In this document: positions 21,267 through 31,880 of the stretch, piece by piece
Layout: each line of letters opens with the position of its first letter
How positions within the stretch are numbered: the first letter of the stretch is position 1
Source of the DNA: Opitutaceae bacterium
Lineage (GTDB): Bacteria > Verrucomicrobiota > Verrucomicrobiia > Opitutales > Opitutaceae
Reading direction: 5' to 3'
NCBI GenBank assembly: GCA_005799525.1
Contig: SYGN01000162.1
Span: 866-64,865 of the forward strand
Length of the DNA stretch: 64,000 bases
Position numbers and translations under genes: made by a program
The notes under the pieces: generated by a model
Databases searched by the model: none
What the model was told of the DNA's origin: nothing
What the model saw: the letters and a program-made list of their open reading frames with translations, nothing else

Positions 21267-21778
21267 TTTTCGTCGATTGCTGCATCTACATTCGCTGGCT
21301 GCGCGACCGAGCGGATATTTTTGCCGAGCTCGGTGACCACCTTCGGCGGGGCGACTTGGCCACCTGCGGAGTGGTGAGAGCGGAAGTGCTGCGCGGCATA
21401 GTGTCCGTCCCGGTGCGCGAACGCATGGAGCTTTTGTTTTCCTCCATGCACGAAGTCGCGATGGTGCCGGAGCTCTGGACCGACGTTGCGCAACTGGCCT
21501 GGGCGTTGGATCGCCGGGGTGAGGTCCTGCCTCTGACCGATATTGCCATCGCCGCGTGCGCACAGCAGGCGGGCGCCACGGTGATCACAACCGATCCGCA
21601 TTTCGCCAAGATCCCGGGGCTTAAGCGCAGTTGTAGTGGACGTTGCGTGAGTAAATCAACCACCTGTCGGCTTCCACTCGCGCGTGCAGTGGACGCTTTT
21701 GCGGGCTACGCGAGAATGTCTTTGACCACGTGGCCGTGGACGTCGGTGAGGCGGAATTGGCGGCCTTGGAACTTATAG
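21263..21778 (+). CDS. vapC: PIN-domain ribonuclease toxin VapC with extended C-terminus
   Basis: Contains Asp5 (MIFVDCC), RAEVLRG and the ITTDPHFAKIPGL acidic motif. The ORF continues ~45 codons beyond the usual PIN end and overlaps the convergent gene's 3' end. Confidence 0.75.
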   Translation: MIFVDCCIYIRWLRDRADIFAELGDHLRRGDLATCGVVRAEVLRGIVSVPVRERMELLFSSMHEVAMVPELWTDVAQLAWALDRRGEVLPLTDIAIAACAQQAGATVITTDPHFAKIPGLKRSCSGRCVSKSTTCRLPLARAVDAFAGYARMSLTTWPWTSVRRNWRPWNL

Positions 21779-23202
21779 GTGAGCTTCTCGTGGTTGATGC
21801 CGAGCTGGTGCAAGATCGTCGCCTGCATGTCGTGCACGTGAACTCTGTTCTCCACGGCGTTGAAGCCGAATTCGTCGGTCGCGCCATAACTGATACCGGG
21901 CTTCACGCCGCCGCCGGCCATGAACTGCGTGAACCCATAGGGGTGGTGGTCGCGGCCCCAGCCTTTCGTATCTTCGATTTTTCCCTGCAAGAACGGCGTG
22001 CGACCAAACTCCCCGCCCCAGATCACGAGGGTATCGTCTAGGAGGCCGCGTTGCTTCAAGTCGCGGATGAGCGCCGCCGAAGGGGCGTCGATATCTTCGC
22101 ACTGAATCTTGAGCTGGGTGTTCAGATTGCGGTGTTGGTCCCAGCCGGCGTGCATCACTTGGATGAAGCGCACGCCACGCTCGGCGAGGCGGCGGGCCAT
22201 GAGGCAGTTGTAGGCGTAACTGCCTTGGCGGCGGACTTCGGGGCCGTAGGCGGCGAGCGTGGACGCGGACTCTTTCGAAAAATCCGTGAGTTCGGGGACG
22301 CTGGCCTGCATCTTGTAGGCCATCTCATATTGCGCGATGCGCGTGGTGATCTCGGGGTCGCCGAAGTCCGCGCGTTTGATTTCGTTGAGCTGGGCGAGGT
22401 CGTCGAGAAGGCCGCGGCGAACGGCGCGGCTCATACCGGCGGGATTCGAAAGATAGAGGACGGGGTCGCCGGCGCCGCGGAAGGCGACGCCCTGATACTT
22501 CGTAGGGAGGAAACCACTACCCCAGTAAAAATCGTAGAAAATCTGGCCACAGCTCGCCTCTTTGTCGCGGGAGGTCATCACGACGAACGCGGGGAGTTCC
22601 TCGGTTTCGTTACCGAGGCCGTAGCTGAGCCACGCACCGAGTGAGGGACGCCCGGCCATTTCGGAGCCGGTCATAAAATACGTGATGGCGGGCGCGTGGT
22701 TCACCGCCTCGGTGTGGAGGGATTTCACGAAGCAAAGATCGTCGGAGATCGATGCGATCTGCGGGAGAAAATCGGAGACCCACGCGCCCGATTTTCCGTG
22801 CTGAGAGAATTTCGAAATCTCACCGAGCACGGGGCGTGCGGTCTGGTTGCCTGTCATGGTGGAGAAGCGTTTGCCGCCGGCGACTTCGTCGGGGATCTGC
22901 TTGCCGTGCCATTCGCGGAGCTTCGGTTTGTAGTCGAAAAGGTCGACGTGGGACGGCGCGCCGTTCTGGAAAAGATAGATGACGCGTTTCGCTTTCGGGG
23001 CGAAGTGAGGGAGATCGGGCAGACCGGGGACGGCGCGACGGGAGGAAGCGGAGCCCGGGAGCGCGGGAGACGCGGCGAAGGCGTCGCGGCCGAGGAGAGA
23101 AGCGAGCGCGGCGGTGCCGACACCCAGCACGCTGCGGCCGAAAAATTGGCGGCGCGTGTGGAGGGCTTCAGCGGCGAGGAGAGGGTTCATGAGAGAAAAC
23201 AA
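21706..23202 (-). CDS. DUF1501 sulfatase-like protein with Tat signal
   Basis: 498 aa with twin-arginine motif TRRQFFGRS and typical DUF1501 blocks (FVMTSRD, GRDHHPYGFT). Confidence 0.85.
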   Translation of the reverse strand: MFSLMNPLLAAEALHTRRQFFGRSVLGVGTAALASLLGRDAFAASPALPGSASSRRAVPGLPDLPHFAPKAKRVIYLFQNGAPSHVDLFDYKPKLREWHGKQIPDEVAGGKRFSTMTGNQTARPVLGEISKFSQHGKSGAWVSDFLPQIASISDDLCFVKSLHTEAVNHAPAITYFMTGSEMAGRPSLGAWLSYGLGNETEELPAFVVMTSRDKEASCGQIFYDFYWGSGFLPTKYQGVAFRGAGDPVLYLSNPAGMSRAVRRGLLDDLAQLNEIKRADFGDPEITTRIAQYEMAYKMQASVPELTDFSKESASTLAAYGPEVRRQGSYAYNCLMARRLAERGVRFIQVMHAGWDQHRNLNTQLKIQCEDIDAPSAALIRDLKQRGLLDDTLVIWGGEFGRTPFLQGKIEDTKGWGRDHHPYGFTQFMAGGGVKPGISYGATDEFGFNAVENRVHVHDMQATILHQLGINHEKLTYKFQGRQFRLTDVHGHVVKDILA

Positions 23203-23317
23203 ACGCGCTCAGTTCGGCCGGAGCTCGCCTCGTGGGAGGGGGATCGGGGGGCGGAGAAATTGTCGCGGGTCCCTGCTGCTCACGAGCAGGGCTACGGGAG
23301 TGCGGTGACGCGGCGAC

Positions 23318-25972
23318 TTATTCTTTCGAGAGCGTTTCATCGAGATTGAGAATGAGCAGGCAAAGCGTGGTCCACGCGGCGTGTTCGCCGGGGGCGAGCG
23401 ACTCGGGGCGGGCGTACTCGCCGATGGCGGAGAGTTCGCGGGCGGCTTTCGGGTCGGCGGCGAAGTCGGCACGGAGTTTGGCGAGGCGCGCGATGAGAAT
23501 GGTGCTTTCGCCGGCGGTGGGTGGACGCGCGGAGGCGAGCCGAAAAACTGCGGTGAGCCGTGCGTCGTCGGTGGTGGTGGCGGTGAGGGCCCGCTGCGCC
23601 ATGACGCGGGCGGCTTCGACGTAGGCAGGATCGTTGAGCGTGACGAGAGCGTGCAGCGGCGTATTGGTGCGCGCGACTTGGACGGTGCAGACTTGGCGGG
23701 CGCCGGCGTCGAAGAATGTCGTGGGGCCGACGATCCGGCGCCAAAATACGTAGAGACTGCGGCGGTAGAGCTCGTCGCCATGGCCTAGGGTGTAGGTTTT
23801 CTTTCCGAAGGTGGCTTCTTCCCAAATTCCGGGCGGCTGGTAGGGCTTCACCGAGGGGCCTCCGCGTTGGTCGACCAAGAGGCCGGCGGCGGCGAGGGCT
23901 TGATCGCGAATCATCCAAGAGGGGAGACGATAGCGCGGGCCGCGGGCGAGGAAGCGATTTTCAGGGTCATGCTCGTGAGCGGCCGGGGTGACGCGCGAGG
24001 ATTGGCGATACGTGGCGCTCGTGACGATGAGGCGGTGGAGGGCTTTGGTGTCCCAGCCGCTCGCGAGGTATTTGGTCGAGAGCCAATCGAGTAACTCGGG
24101 GTGCGAGGGGCGTTCGCCCTGCACGCCGAAATCTTCGGCGGTTTTGACGAAGCCAGTCCCGAAGAACGCCTGCCACGCGCGATTGATGGCGGTGCGGGCG
24201 GCGAGCGGATTGGCCGGCGAGACCAGCCAACGGGCCAGATCGAGGCGATTGAGACGGGGCTCGGCGGGGGGCGCGGGCGTCTCGCCCGCAGCGGCGGACG
24301 CGGGTGCGGGCGAAGGCGGGCGGGAGGCGGCCGTGGGCGCGGTCGGCTTGCGGACGCTCGCGGCTACGGTGCGTGGACTAAAAATTTCCGGGACGTGGCC
24401 GAGGACGCGAACGTCCGTCTTGGACTCGTAGTTGCCCTTGCTGAGGACGAACGTGTCGCGGGGTTTGGCGAGCTGATCCATGATCATTACTTTCGTAATG
24501 CTGTTGGTGGCGGCATCGCGGACGCGGATCGCGGCGATTTGTTTTTTGAGGAGCACCACGTAGTCGAGGTCGGGCGCGGTGTCGCGAAAGTAGGGCAAGG
24601 CTTCGAGCAAACCGTTGAGATCCCGGCGCGCCGGGGCGAGCTTGGCGTGGGTCGCAAAGAGGTTGCCGGGAAGTTTGCTAGCTTCGGGCGACTCGCTGAC
24701 GGGCTGGCCCTCGGGACGGGGAAATTTCGTCAGCTCAAACGTCTCGGTTTCCTTGCCGATGACATCAATGCGGGCTTGGGCCACCTTGACGGCGTCGCGT
24801 TCGGCGTCGGTGGCGAGATCGAGGAACGGGGCCATTTGTCCGCCGCGCCCGCCGCCGCCGCTGGCGCTACCGGTTTCAGACATCTGGTTGAAGATGTCGT
24901 AGAGGGCGTAGTAATCGGTTTGTTTGAGCGGATCGAACTTGTGGTCGTGGCAGCGGTTGCAAGTAAACGTGAGGCCGAGCCATACGGTCGCGGTGGTCTC
25001 GACGCGATCGAAGATATTTTCGACGCGGGTCTCTTCCGCGATGCGACCGCCCTCGCCGTTGAACATATTATTGCGGTGGAAACCGCTGGCGATTTTTTGG
25101 TCGCGCGTGGCTTCGGGCAAGAGATCGCCGGCGAGTTGTTCGATGGTGAACTGATCGAAAGGCATGTTCGAGTTCAGCGCATTCACCACCCAATCGCGCC
25201 AAGGCCACATCGTGCGCTCGGGGTCGCCCTGGAAGCCGTTGGTATCGGCGTAGCGCGCGAGATCGAGCCAGTCCCAGGCCCAGCGTTCGCCGTAGCGGGG
25301 CGACGCGAGGAGGCGTTCGACAATCTTTTCGTAGGCGTCGGGCGAGCGGTCGGCGATGAACTCTGCGACTTCTGCGGGCGTGGGCGGGAGGCCGTTGAGG
25401 TCGAGGCTCACGCGGCGGATGAGGGCGGCGCGGTCGGCCTCGGGGGCGGGAGTGATTTTTTCCGACGCGAGCCGGGCGAGAACGAAGGCGTCGATGGGAT
25501 TTCGGATCGTCGCTGAGGGAATGTCTATTTTGGGAACGATCGGACGCTGCGGGGGCGAGAAGGCCCAGTGCTCGTTCCACGTGGCGCCCTCGGCGATCCA
25601 ACGCTTGAGGAGGTTTTTCTGCGCGAGGGTGAGCGTGCGGTTAGATTTCGGCGACGGCATGACCTCCTCGGGATCGGCACTGAAAATGCGAGCAACGAGT
25701 TCGCTGTCGTCGGGTTTGCTGGGGACGATGGCAGTGGCACCGGATTGGGCGGGGGCGAGCGCGCTGTCGCGGCGATCAAGGCGAAGTTTCGCTTTGCGGG
25801 CCTCACCATCGGGGCCGTGGCAGTGGTAACAGTTTTCCGAGAGGATCGGCTGGATGTCGCGTTCGAAACTGATCGGCGTTTCGGCACGAAGGCCGACGAT
25901 GAAGGAGAGCAGGGCGAGGGCGGAGAAGGAAAAATCAAGGCTCGGGGAGAAACGCACGGGGAAATGAAACAT
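23318..25972 (-). CDS. PSCyt / DUF1549 / DUF1553 protein (Planctomycete cytochrome-c-domain family)
   Basis: Start set at MFHFPVRF. It has the heme-type motif CYHCHGPDG and a second CNRCHDHKFDP. Its large size and pairing with DUF1501 are typical of PVC genomes. Confidence 0.85.
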   Translation of the reverse strand: MFHFPVRFSPSLDFSFSALALLSFIVGLRAETPISFERDIQPILSENCYHCHGPDGEARKAKLRLDRRDSALAPAQSGATAIVPSKPDDSELVARIFSADPEEVMPSPKSNRTLTLAQKNLLKRWIAEGATWNEHWAFSPPQRPIVPKIDIPSATIRNPIDAFVLARLASEKITPAPEADRAALIRRVSLDLNGLPPTPAEVAEFIADRSPDAYEKIVERLLASPRYGERWAWDWLDLARYADTNGFQGDPERTMWPWRDWVVNALNSNMPFDQFTIEQLAGDLLPEATRDQKIASGFHRNNMFNGEGGRIAEETRVENIFDRVETTATVWLGLTFTCNRCHDHKFDPLKQTDYYALYDIFNQMSETGSASGGGGRGGQMAPFLDLATDAERDAVKVAQARIDVIGKETETFELTKFPRPEGQPVSESPEASKLPGNLFATHAKLAPARRDLNGLLEALPYFRDTAPDLDYVVLLKKQIAAIRVRDAATNSITKVMIMDQLAKPRDTFVLSKGNYESKTDVRVLGHVPEIFSPRTVAASVRKPTAPTAASRPPSPAPASAAAGETPAPPAEPRLNRLDLARWLVSPANPLAARTAINRAWQAFFGTGFVKTAEDFGVQGERPSHPELLDWLSTKYLASGWDTKALHRLIVTSATYRQSSRVTPAAHEHDPENRFLARGPRYRLPSWMIRDQALAAAGLLVDQRGGPSVKPYQPPGIWEEATFGKKTYTLGHGDELYRRSLYVFWRRIVGPTTFFDAGARQVCTVQVARTNTPLHALVTLNDPAYVEAARVMAQRALTATTTDDARLTAVFRLASARPPTAGESTILIARLAKLRADFAADPKAARELSAIGEYARPESLAPGEHAAWTTLCLLILNLDETLSKE

Positions 25973-26230
25973 GATTAGGAAACTTTTTTTCGGCGCGGGC
26001 GAGCTAACAATACGGGCCGTTTCCGCGCACCATTTCCGCGAGTCCATCGCATCGGTCCACGGGAGGCACAATCTCGTCAACAGGAAAGTTTTTGCTTGCC
26101 GCCTGCCAGCAATCCTTTGGTCTCCGGCGTGCAAGTTTAGCGTCTGTAACCGCCCCCGAGGTTGCGACCTGCCTCTCCGACCTGTGCCTTGGCGCAGTCA
26201 ATCTACCCTCAGTCAATCCGCTCCTCACTT

Positions 26231-29200
26231 GTGAATACCCGCCCCTTCCCCACCGTCGTGGCCGCGCTACGCCGCGCTGCGGCCGCTGCTGTTTCCCTGC
26301 TCGCCGTCTGCTCACTCGCTCTGGTCGCGCCGTCGATCCGTGCGGCGGAAGCCGGGACCATCAGTGGTTCCGTGAGCAATGCGGCCACCCGCAATCAACT
26401 CCAAGGGGCCGTCGTGGCAGTGCCCGTCCTGAGCATCACCGCTCTGACCGATAACACGGGCCGTTACACATTCTCGGGCGTACCCGCCGGCACCTATGAA
26501 CTAGTCGTCACCTACATCGGCCTCGATACTGTCCGCCAGGTGGTCAACGTGAGCGCGGGTCAACGTGCCGTGCGCGACTTCGACCTGACGACCAGCATCT
26601 ACAAACTCGAGTCGTTCAAGGTCACCGGCGAGCGTGAGGGCAATGCCGCGATGATCACGGAAAAGCGGAATGCCGACAATGTGAAGGACGTGATCGCCAT
26701 GGATGCTTTCGGTTACCTTCCGAACATGAGCGCGGGTGAAGTCGTCATGCGGCTCCCTGGCGTCGCCGGCAGTCCGACCGATGAAGGACTCGCGTATGGG
26801 TTCAATATCCGCGGCATGGACCGCTCACTCAACAACGTGACCGTCGACGGCAGCTCGCTCACGACGCTGGGCACGAACCGCAGCTTCGAACTCCAATCGA
26901 TCACGGGCGCAATGTTCGAGGGCATGGAGCTGATCAAGGGCCAGACCCCCGACAAAGGCGCCGATTCCCTCGGCGGTACGATCAATTTCAAGACCCGCTC
27001 GACCTTCAGTATGAAGGAAGACAGCCGCACGACCTACAATTTCAGCATGCGCATGGCACCGAGTATTTTCGAGCAGACGCCTTGGCGTTCGGCCCACCGT
27101 TCGCACCCGGTTCTCAATATCACCCACCAACAAGTGTTCAGCGTTTTCGGCGGCCATCGCAATCTCGGCACCTCCGTCAACGTGTTCTACTCTGAAAATG
27201 CCGTGGGCGGCTTTGAAACGATCTTTGATCGCACCAGCTTGCTCAACGGTCCTGCCCCGGTCTTCAACTACCAGACGTGGGACAATATCAATAACCGCAA
27301 GCAACAGAGCATCGCGCTCAAGACCGACTACAAGTGGTCGCCGACGACGAAGTTTTCCCTCACCGTCACGGAGAACGATAACTTCGAGCGGCATCGCCGG
27401 CGCGTGCGTGTGACGGCCGCCGCGTCCGGCAATAGCAACACACAGGTGCCGAGCGCTACCACAGGTATCGTCCCCGGAGCGTTTACCAATGTGGTCACGG
27501 TGCTGCGGGCGATCCCGAGCACGTCCGCCGCCGGCTCCAACACGAACAATATCGATGTGCAGATGGACGGCCCGCTCAATTACTACGTGCGCATGGGCCG
27601 CGTGGACTTCAACGGCGAGCACACCTACTCCAATCTGAACATCGAATATACCGCCAGTATTGCCCGCACGACGCTCAACAGCGGTAACGGTCGCGGTGGC
27701 ACGCTCAACATGCGCCTCTTCGACCCGAGTGCACAGGTGCCCGGTCGCGCGGTTTTTTTCGGTGGCGCCGGCTGGACCATCGACCAGAGCCAAAACGAGC
27801 TGTATCCGAAGTTCACCCAGAACGGCGGTCCCGATTTCAACAACCCCAACAACTATCTCCCTCGCGCAACCGACGGTCTCGTGCAGTCCCGCAACGAGTC
27901 GGATCAATTGCAGAAACAATTCCGTTTCGACGCCCGGTACAAATTGTCGTTCGCCGCGCCCACCACGCTGAAGACCGGTTTTCATTGGCGCTCACTGCAG
28001 ATGGATCTATGGAGCAAGGATCGCCACCGTTGGGTGCCCAAAGCCACGGCCGCCTACGATCCCAGCGTCCGCTTCGCGCCAGATACGAGCTACGTGAGTT
28101 TTGACCGAGTCAAAACGGGCCGGGCAATTCCCGTCTGGCAGGCCCACGCTTTTACGAAGGACGGACGTCCCGCCGATCCCGCGCTATGGAGCGAGGATCT
28201 ATATTATCATGAGAGCCAGAAATTCACCGGTACCAATGGCGTCACCGAGTGGATTCCCGCCACCTATGTCATGGCGCAAGGCCGGCTCGGCCGCGACGGC
28301 TGGCTCGGCCGGACGGGCTACCTCACCGGGGTGCGCTTCGAACAGGTGCGCACCAAAAGCTGGGGTTGGGTCCGTTCCCGCATCCTGAGCACCGCCGCGC
28401 AGCAGGTCGCCGATCCCCTCGGCTCCGCCAAGCGCGATTACGAAGTCAACGACCGCACGCTCAACGCCAGCTTTACCCAAAAGTTTCCGAGCGCCCATGT
28501 CTTCCATGACATCACGCCCAACCTAAAGGCCCGGGCCAGTTGGTCGACGGGCTATGGCCGCGCACCGCTGGGCAGCCTGCTGCCGGGAGAAAGCCCGAAC
28601 GACACCACCATGGTCCTCACCGTGAACAATGCAGGCCTCAAACCTCAGCAGGCCTCAAATTGGGATGGAACGTTCGAATACTATTTCGAACCCGTCGGCA
28701 GCCTCACCTTTGGGTGGTTTCACAAAACGATCTCCGACTACATCGTCGCGGGTTTGGACCGCGGCATTATTGCGGACGGGGCTGACAACGGCTATGAAGG
28801 CCAATATGTCGGCTACATTGAACGCACCTCGATGAATGCAGGCACCGTTTACGTACAGGGCTGGGAGTTTGCCTACAACCAGCAGTTTACCTTTTTGCCC
28901 GGAGCGCTCAGGGGGCTGTCCGCCTCTTTTAATTACACATGGATCAACCAACACGGAGTCGGCAGCGCAGCCACTCCCGGCGGGACGCCGATCTTGGGCC
29001 GCGAGCCGACGGCGACGACCCCGGCGGTCTATTTCTCCCGGCGCGACATCGCGAACTTCATCCCAGCGGCGGCGAACGCCTCGCTCAGCTGGCGCTACCA
29101 AAAGTTCAACACGAGCCTGCTCTACAATTTCACGGGCGAGAATCCGACCTCCATCAGCATTTTGAATCCAGCGCTGAATCAATACCGTTACTCGATGAAA

Positions 29201-29371
29201 ACGCTGAACGTCAGTGCGGGCTACCAGTATCGCCCCAACGTCGGCTTCAGCCTCAACGCCTCCAATATCCTCAACGAGCCGCAGCGTTGGTATGTCGGCT
29301 ACAAGGACCGCATGCGCCGCACGACAATCAATTTCGTGACGATCACCGCCGGTGTAAACGGGCGGTTCTGA
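26231..29371 (+). CDS. TonB-dependent receptor with CarboxypepD_reg N-terminal domain
   Basis: GTG start, signal peptide and a TISGSVSN...VPAGTYELVV regulatory-like domain. A plug (FKVTGEREGNAAMITEKRNADNV) and a long beta-barrel ending in aromatic ...GVNGRF complete it. Confidence 0.9.
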   Translation: MNTRPFPTVVAALRRAAAAAVSLLAVCSLALVAPSIRAAEAGTISGSVSNAATRNQLQGAVVAVPVLSITALTDNTGRYTFSGVPAGTYELVVTYIGLDTVRQVVNVSAGQRAVRDFDLTTSIYKLESFKVTGEREGNAAMITEKRNADNVKDVIAMDAFGYLPNMSAGEVVMRLPGVAGSPTDEGLAYGFNIRGMDRSLNNVTVDGSSLTTLGTNRSFELQSITGAMFEGMELIKGQTPDKGADSLGGTINFKTRSTFSMKEDSRTTYNFSMRMAPSIFEQTPWRSAHRSHPVLNITHQQVFSVFGGHRNLGTSVNVFYSENAVGGFETIFDRTSLLNGPAPVFNYQTWDNINNRKQQSIALKTDYKWSPTTKFSLTVTENDNFERHRRRVRVTAAASGNSNTQVPSATTGIVPGAFTNVVTVLRAIPSTSAAGSNTNNIDVQMDGPLNYYVRMGRVDFNGEHTYSNLNIEYTASIARTTLNSGNGRGGTLNMRLFDPSAQVPGRAVFFGGAGWTIDQSQNELYPKFTQNGGPDFNNPNNYLPRATDGLVQSRNESDQLQKQFRFDARYKLSFAAPTTLKTGFHWRSLQMDLWSKDRHRWVPKATAAYDPSVRFAPDTSYVSFDRVKTGRAIPVWQAHAFTKDGRPADPALWSEDLYYHESQKFTGTNGVTEWIPATYVMAQGRLGRDGWLGRTGYLTGVRFEQVRTKSWGWVRSRILSTAAQQVADPLGSAKRDYEVNDRTLNASFTQKFPSAHVFHDITPNLKARASWSTGYGRAPLGSLLPGESPNDTTMVLTVNNAGLKPQQASNWDGTFEYYFEPVGSLTFGWFHKTISDYIVAGLDRGIIADGADNGYEGQYVGYIERTSMNAGTVYVQGWEFAYNQQFTFLPGALRGLSASFNYTWINQHGVGSAATPGGTPILGREPTATTPAVYFSRRDIANFIPAAANASLSWRYQKFNTSLLYNFTGENPTSISILNPALNQYRYSMKTLNVSAGYQYRPNVGFSLNASNILNEPQRWYVGYKDRMRRTTINFVTITAGVNGRF

Positions 29372-29631
29372 TCGGACGCTTCACGGCCGACTGCGAGGGC
29401 GACGCGGAAACCGACATCAAACGTGTGCAGGTCGGCGAGAACGTTGCTTTTGCGGACGGGGCGGAGCTCAGTAAAACCGGCGTCGGTCGACCAACATCAA
29501 CCGACAGGGATACTCCCGCACGTGATCACTTCCTTGCGTAGCGCACGTGATCGGGTCCTCGCGTCGCGGCGAAATCGAAGACGAACGGAGCGGGCTCAAG
29601 TCGTCGTGCGCAGCAGTCAAGTCGAGAGGCT

Positions 29632-30486
29632 TCACCGTCCACCAAAGTCTTTTTTCAACAACTCAACGCGGGCCGCGTCGAGCCTGGCTCGCTCTGCCCC
29701 CGTGAGGCTGGCGAACCCCGACTTCGCAATCTTGTCGAGCAGGGCATCGACCTCGGCCATGGAGCTGGGTTGCGGACTCGCCGCTGCGGGACGAGGCCTC
29801 GCCGGTGGCTCGGGCCGCACCTGAGGTTTCTTTTGGCGGCGCCAGAAATTGAGCTGGGGTAATTCAAGATGGCCCTGCTGGTGGCGCACAAAGGCATAGG
29901 CAAAGCCCCCGGTCGCCCACAGCGAAATCAACCCGCGCCAGTCATGGTAGTTGAGCGCCATCAGGGTAAAAATACCGACCAGAATCAGCGCTGACCATTT
30001 GGCGAGCAAATTGAACATCATCAGCACGTCGGGATAAAACGTCGCGAAAGCGAAGAAGAGCGCCAAAGCGCCGGTCGCTCCGACACGCGTCATCGGCAAC
30101 CAAAAGCCGATCGCCGTGAAGATCACCGGGGTCACTAGATAAATGCCTGCATAGAGCCAGAGGAAGGAACGCCGTCCGAGTGCACGTTCCACATCGCGAC
30201 CGAACCACGCAATCAGCAGCAGATCAAAAACGAAATTGATGCTCGGCGGATTCACGAGCCCGTAAGTCAGCACGCGCCACACTTGGCCCTGCAGAACCTG
30301 GGTGCTCATGAACGCCAGCCACTCCAGCAGCGAACCCACTCCAAACAAATTCATCGTCGTCGTGATGAGCATAGAGACGACGTAAACGAGCACAATGAAG
30401 TGCGCCGCATATAGAGGGTGACCACGCAGCCACATGACCGGCGTGTGGTCGTCGGAGTCGGAAGAGTTCGTGCGGTAGCGGTCCAT
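29632..30486 (-). CDS. Rhomboid-like membrane protein, apparently lacking the Ser/His dyad
   Basis: Start set at MDRYRTN. It has a rhomboid-type WRVLTYGLVN helix and six TM segments. GATGAL stands where rhomboids carry GxSG, and there is no His in the last helix (LWATGGFAYAF). The C-terminus is a helical tail. Confidence 0.6.
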   Translation of the reverse strand: MDRYRTNSSDSDDHTPVMWLRGHPLYAAHFIVLVYVVSMLITTTMNLFGVGSLLEWLAFMSTQVLQGQVWRVLTYGLVNPPSINFVFDLLLIAWFGRDVERALGRRSFLWLYAGIYLVTPVIFTAIGFWLPMTRVGATGALALFFAFATFYPDVLMMFNLLAKWSALILVGIFTLMALNYHDWRGLISLWATGGFAYAFVRHQQGHLELPQLNFWRRQKKPQVRPEPPARPRPAAASPQPSSMAEVDALLDKIAKSGFASLTGAERARLDAARVELLKKDFGGR

Positions 30487-30595
30487 AAGAGCTAAACGCG
30501 AAAAACTGGGGGAGGCCGGGAGCGCGCGCAAGCAGCGAGCTCCGGCGCATAGACAGTGAGTTGCTTCGCGCCCGGAAACCCACCAACCTCCGACG

Positions 30596-31546
30596 ATGAA
30601 TCGTCGTGAATTTGTACAGTCGTCTTCGGTCTGGGCAGCAGTGGCGTTGACGTCCGGACCGCTCGGAGCGGCGACCTCACCCGGCCGCAAAATAAAAATC
30701 GCCCTCACGCCGGGCAGCATCGGCGTCGTGGTCAAGAGTCAACAGGAGCTCAACGAGCTCGCCCACCGCCATCGCTTCGAAGCGGTCGAGCCGCGGGCGG
30801 AAGAAATCGCGGCGATGTCGCCCGAGCAAATCACGGCGATGATCGCCGACTTAAAAGCGAAAGGGCTGACGTGGGCGGCGGCGGGATTGACGGTGGATTT
30901 CCGCAAGGACGATGCGACGTTTCGCGACGGCATGGGCAAGCTCCCCAGAATCGCCGCCGGACTAAAGGCCGCCGGCGCGAGCCGATTCGGCACGTGGTTG
31001 GCTCCGAGCCATGGGGAGCTGACTTATCGCGCCAACTACCGAGTGCACGTGGCGAGGCTGACGGAGATCGCGCGGGTCCTCAAGGACCACGGACTGCGCT
31101 TCGGGCTGGAGTATGTCGGCACGCAGCTCTCGATGGTCGGAAAAAAATATCCCTTTGTGCACACGATGGCGGAAACCCGTGAGCTCATCGCCGATCTTGG
31201 CACCGGCAATGTGGGTCTCGTGCTCGATACGTGGCATTGGTGGACGGCGGGCGACACCATCGCGGACGTGCAGGCGCTCACGAACGCCGACGTGGTCAGC
31301 GTGGATCTGAATGATGCGCCGAGGGACCTCGCCAAGGCCCAGCAAAAAGACAACGAGCGCGAGTTGCCCGTGGCCACCGGCGTGATCGACACCGCCGGGT
31401 TTCTCCAAGCTCTCGTCACGATTGGCTACGATGGACCGGCGCGGCCCGAGCCTTTCAACAAAATCCTCAACGCGCTCGACAACGATGCCGCCTGCGCGGC
31501 CTCCTCGGCGGCGTTGCACCGGGCGATGGCCTTGATCCGCGGGTAG
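30596..31546 (+). CDS. Xylose-isomerase-like TIM-barrel protein (sugar phosphate isomerase/epimerase) with Tat signal
   Basis: 316 aa. MNRREFVQSSSVWAAV is a twin-arginine leader, and it carries AP_endonuc_2-type blocks (LVLDTWHWW, GYDGPARPEPF). Confidence 0.75.
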   Translation: MNRREFVQSSSVWAAVALTSGPLGAATSPGRKIKIALTPGSIGVVVKSQQELNELAHRHRFEAVEPRAEEIAAMSPEQITAMIADLKAKGLTWAAAGLTVDFRKDDATFRDGMGKLPRIAAGLKAAGASRFGTWLAPSHGELTYRANYRVHVARLTEIARVLKDHGLRFGLEYVGTQLSMVGKKYPFVHTMAETRELIADLGTGNVGLVLDTWHWWTAGDTIADVQALTNADVVSVDLNDAPRDLAKAQQKDNERELPVATGVIDTAGFLQALVTIGYDGPARPEPFNKILNALDNDAACAASSAALHRAMALIRG

Positions 31547-31609
31547 TGCCGGAAAATTGCGAGCCAACGGACGGCGGGGCATCGTCGCGAGGCGACACTT
31601 GCCTGCGCG

Positions 31610-31858
31610 GTGAGTTCCGGTTGGCTCAGGCCCATGCCACCCGTCGCCGAAACCGATCACGAGCGCGCCGCGCACGAGCGTCAGGTGGCGATCTTTCGGG
31701 CGATGACGCTGCAACAGCGCCTGCAGCAGGGGCTACGGATGAACCGAATGATGCGCATGGCGCTGGCCGCAGGATTCCGCCATCGACATCCCGCGTGGTC
31801 GGAGGAGCACGTGAAACGGGCGGTCGCAGACCGTATTCTCCATACTAACACCGGATGA
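31610..31858 (+). CDS. Small hypothetical protein (possible partner of the downstream nucleotidyltransferase-like ORF)
   Basis: 82-aa helical ORF, possibly starting at MPPVAETD. It abuts the next ORF. No recognisable domain. Confidence 0.4.
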   Translation: MSSGWLRPMPPVAETDHERAAHERQVAIFRAMTLQQRLQQGLRMNRMMRMALAAGFRHRHPAWSEEHVKRAVADRILHTNTG

Positions 31859-31880
31859 AGTAAGTCTCTTCGCGCTCCGT

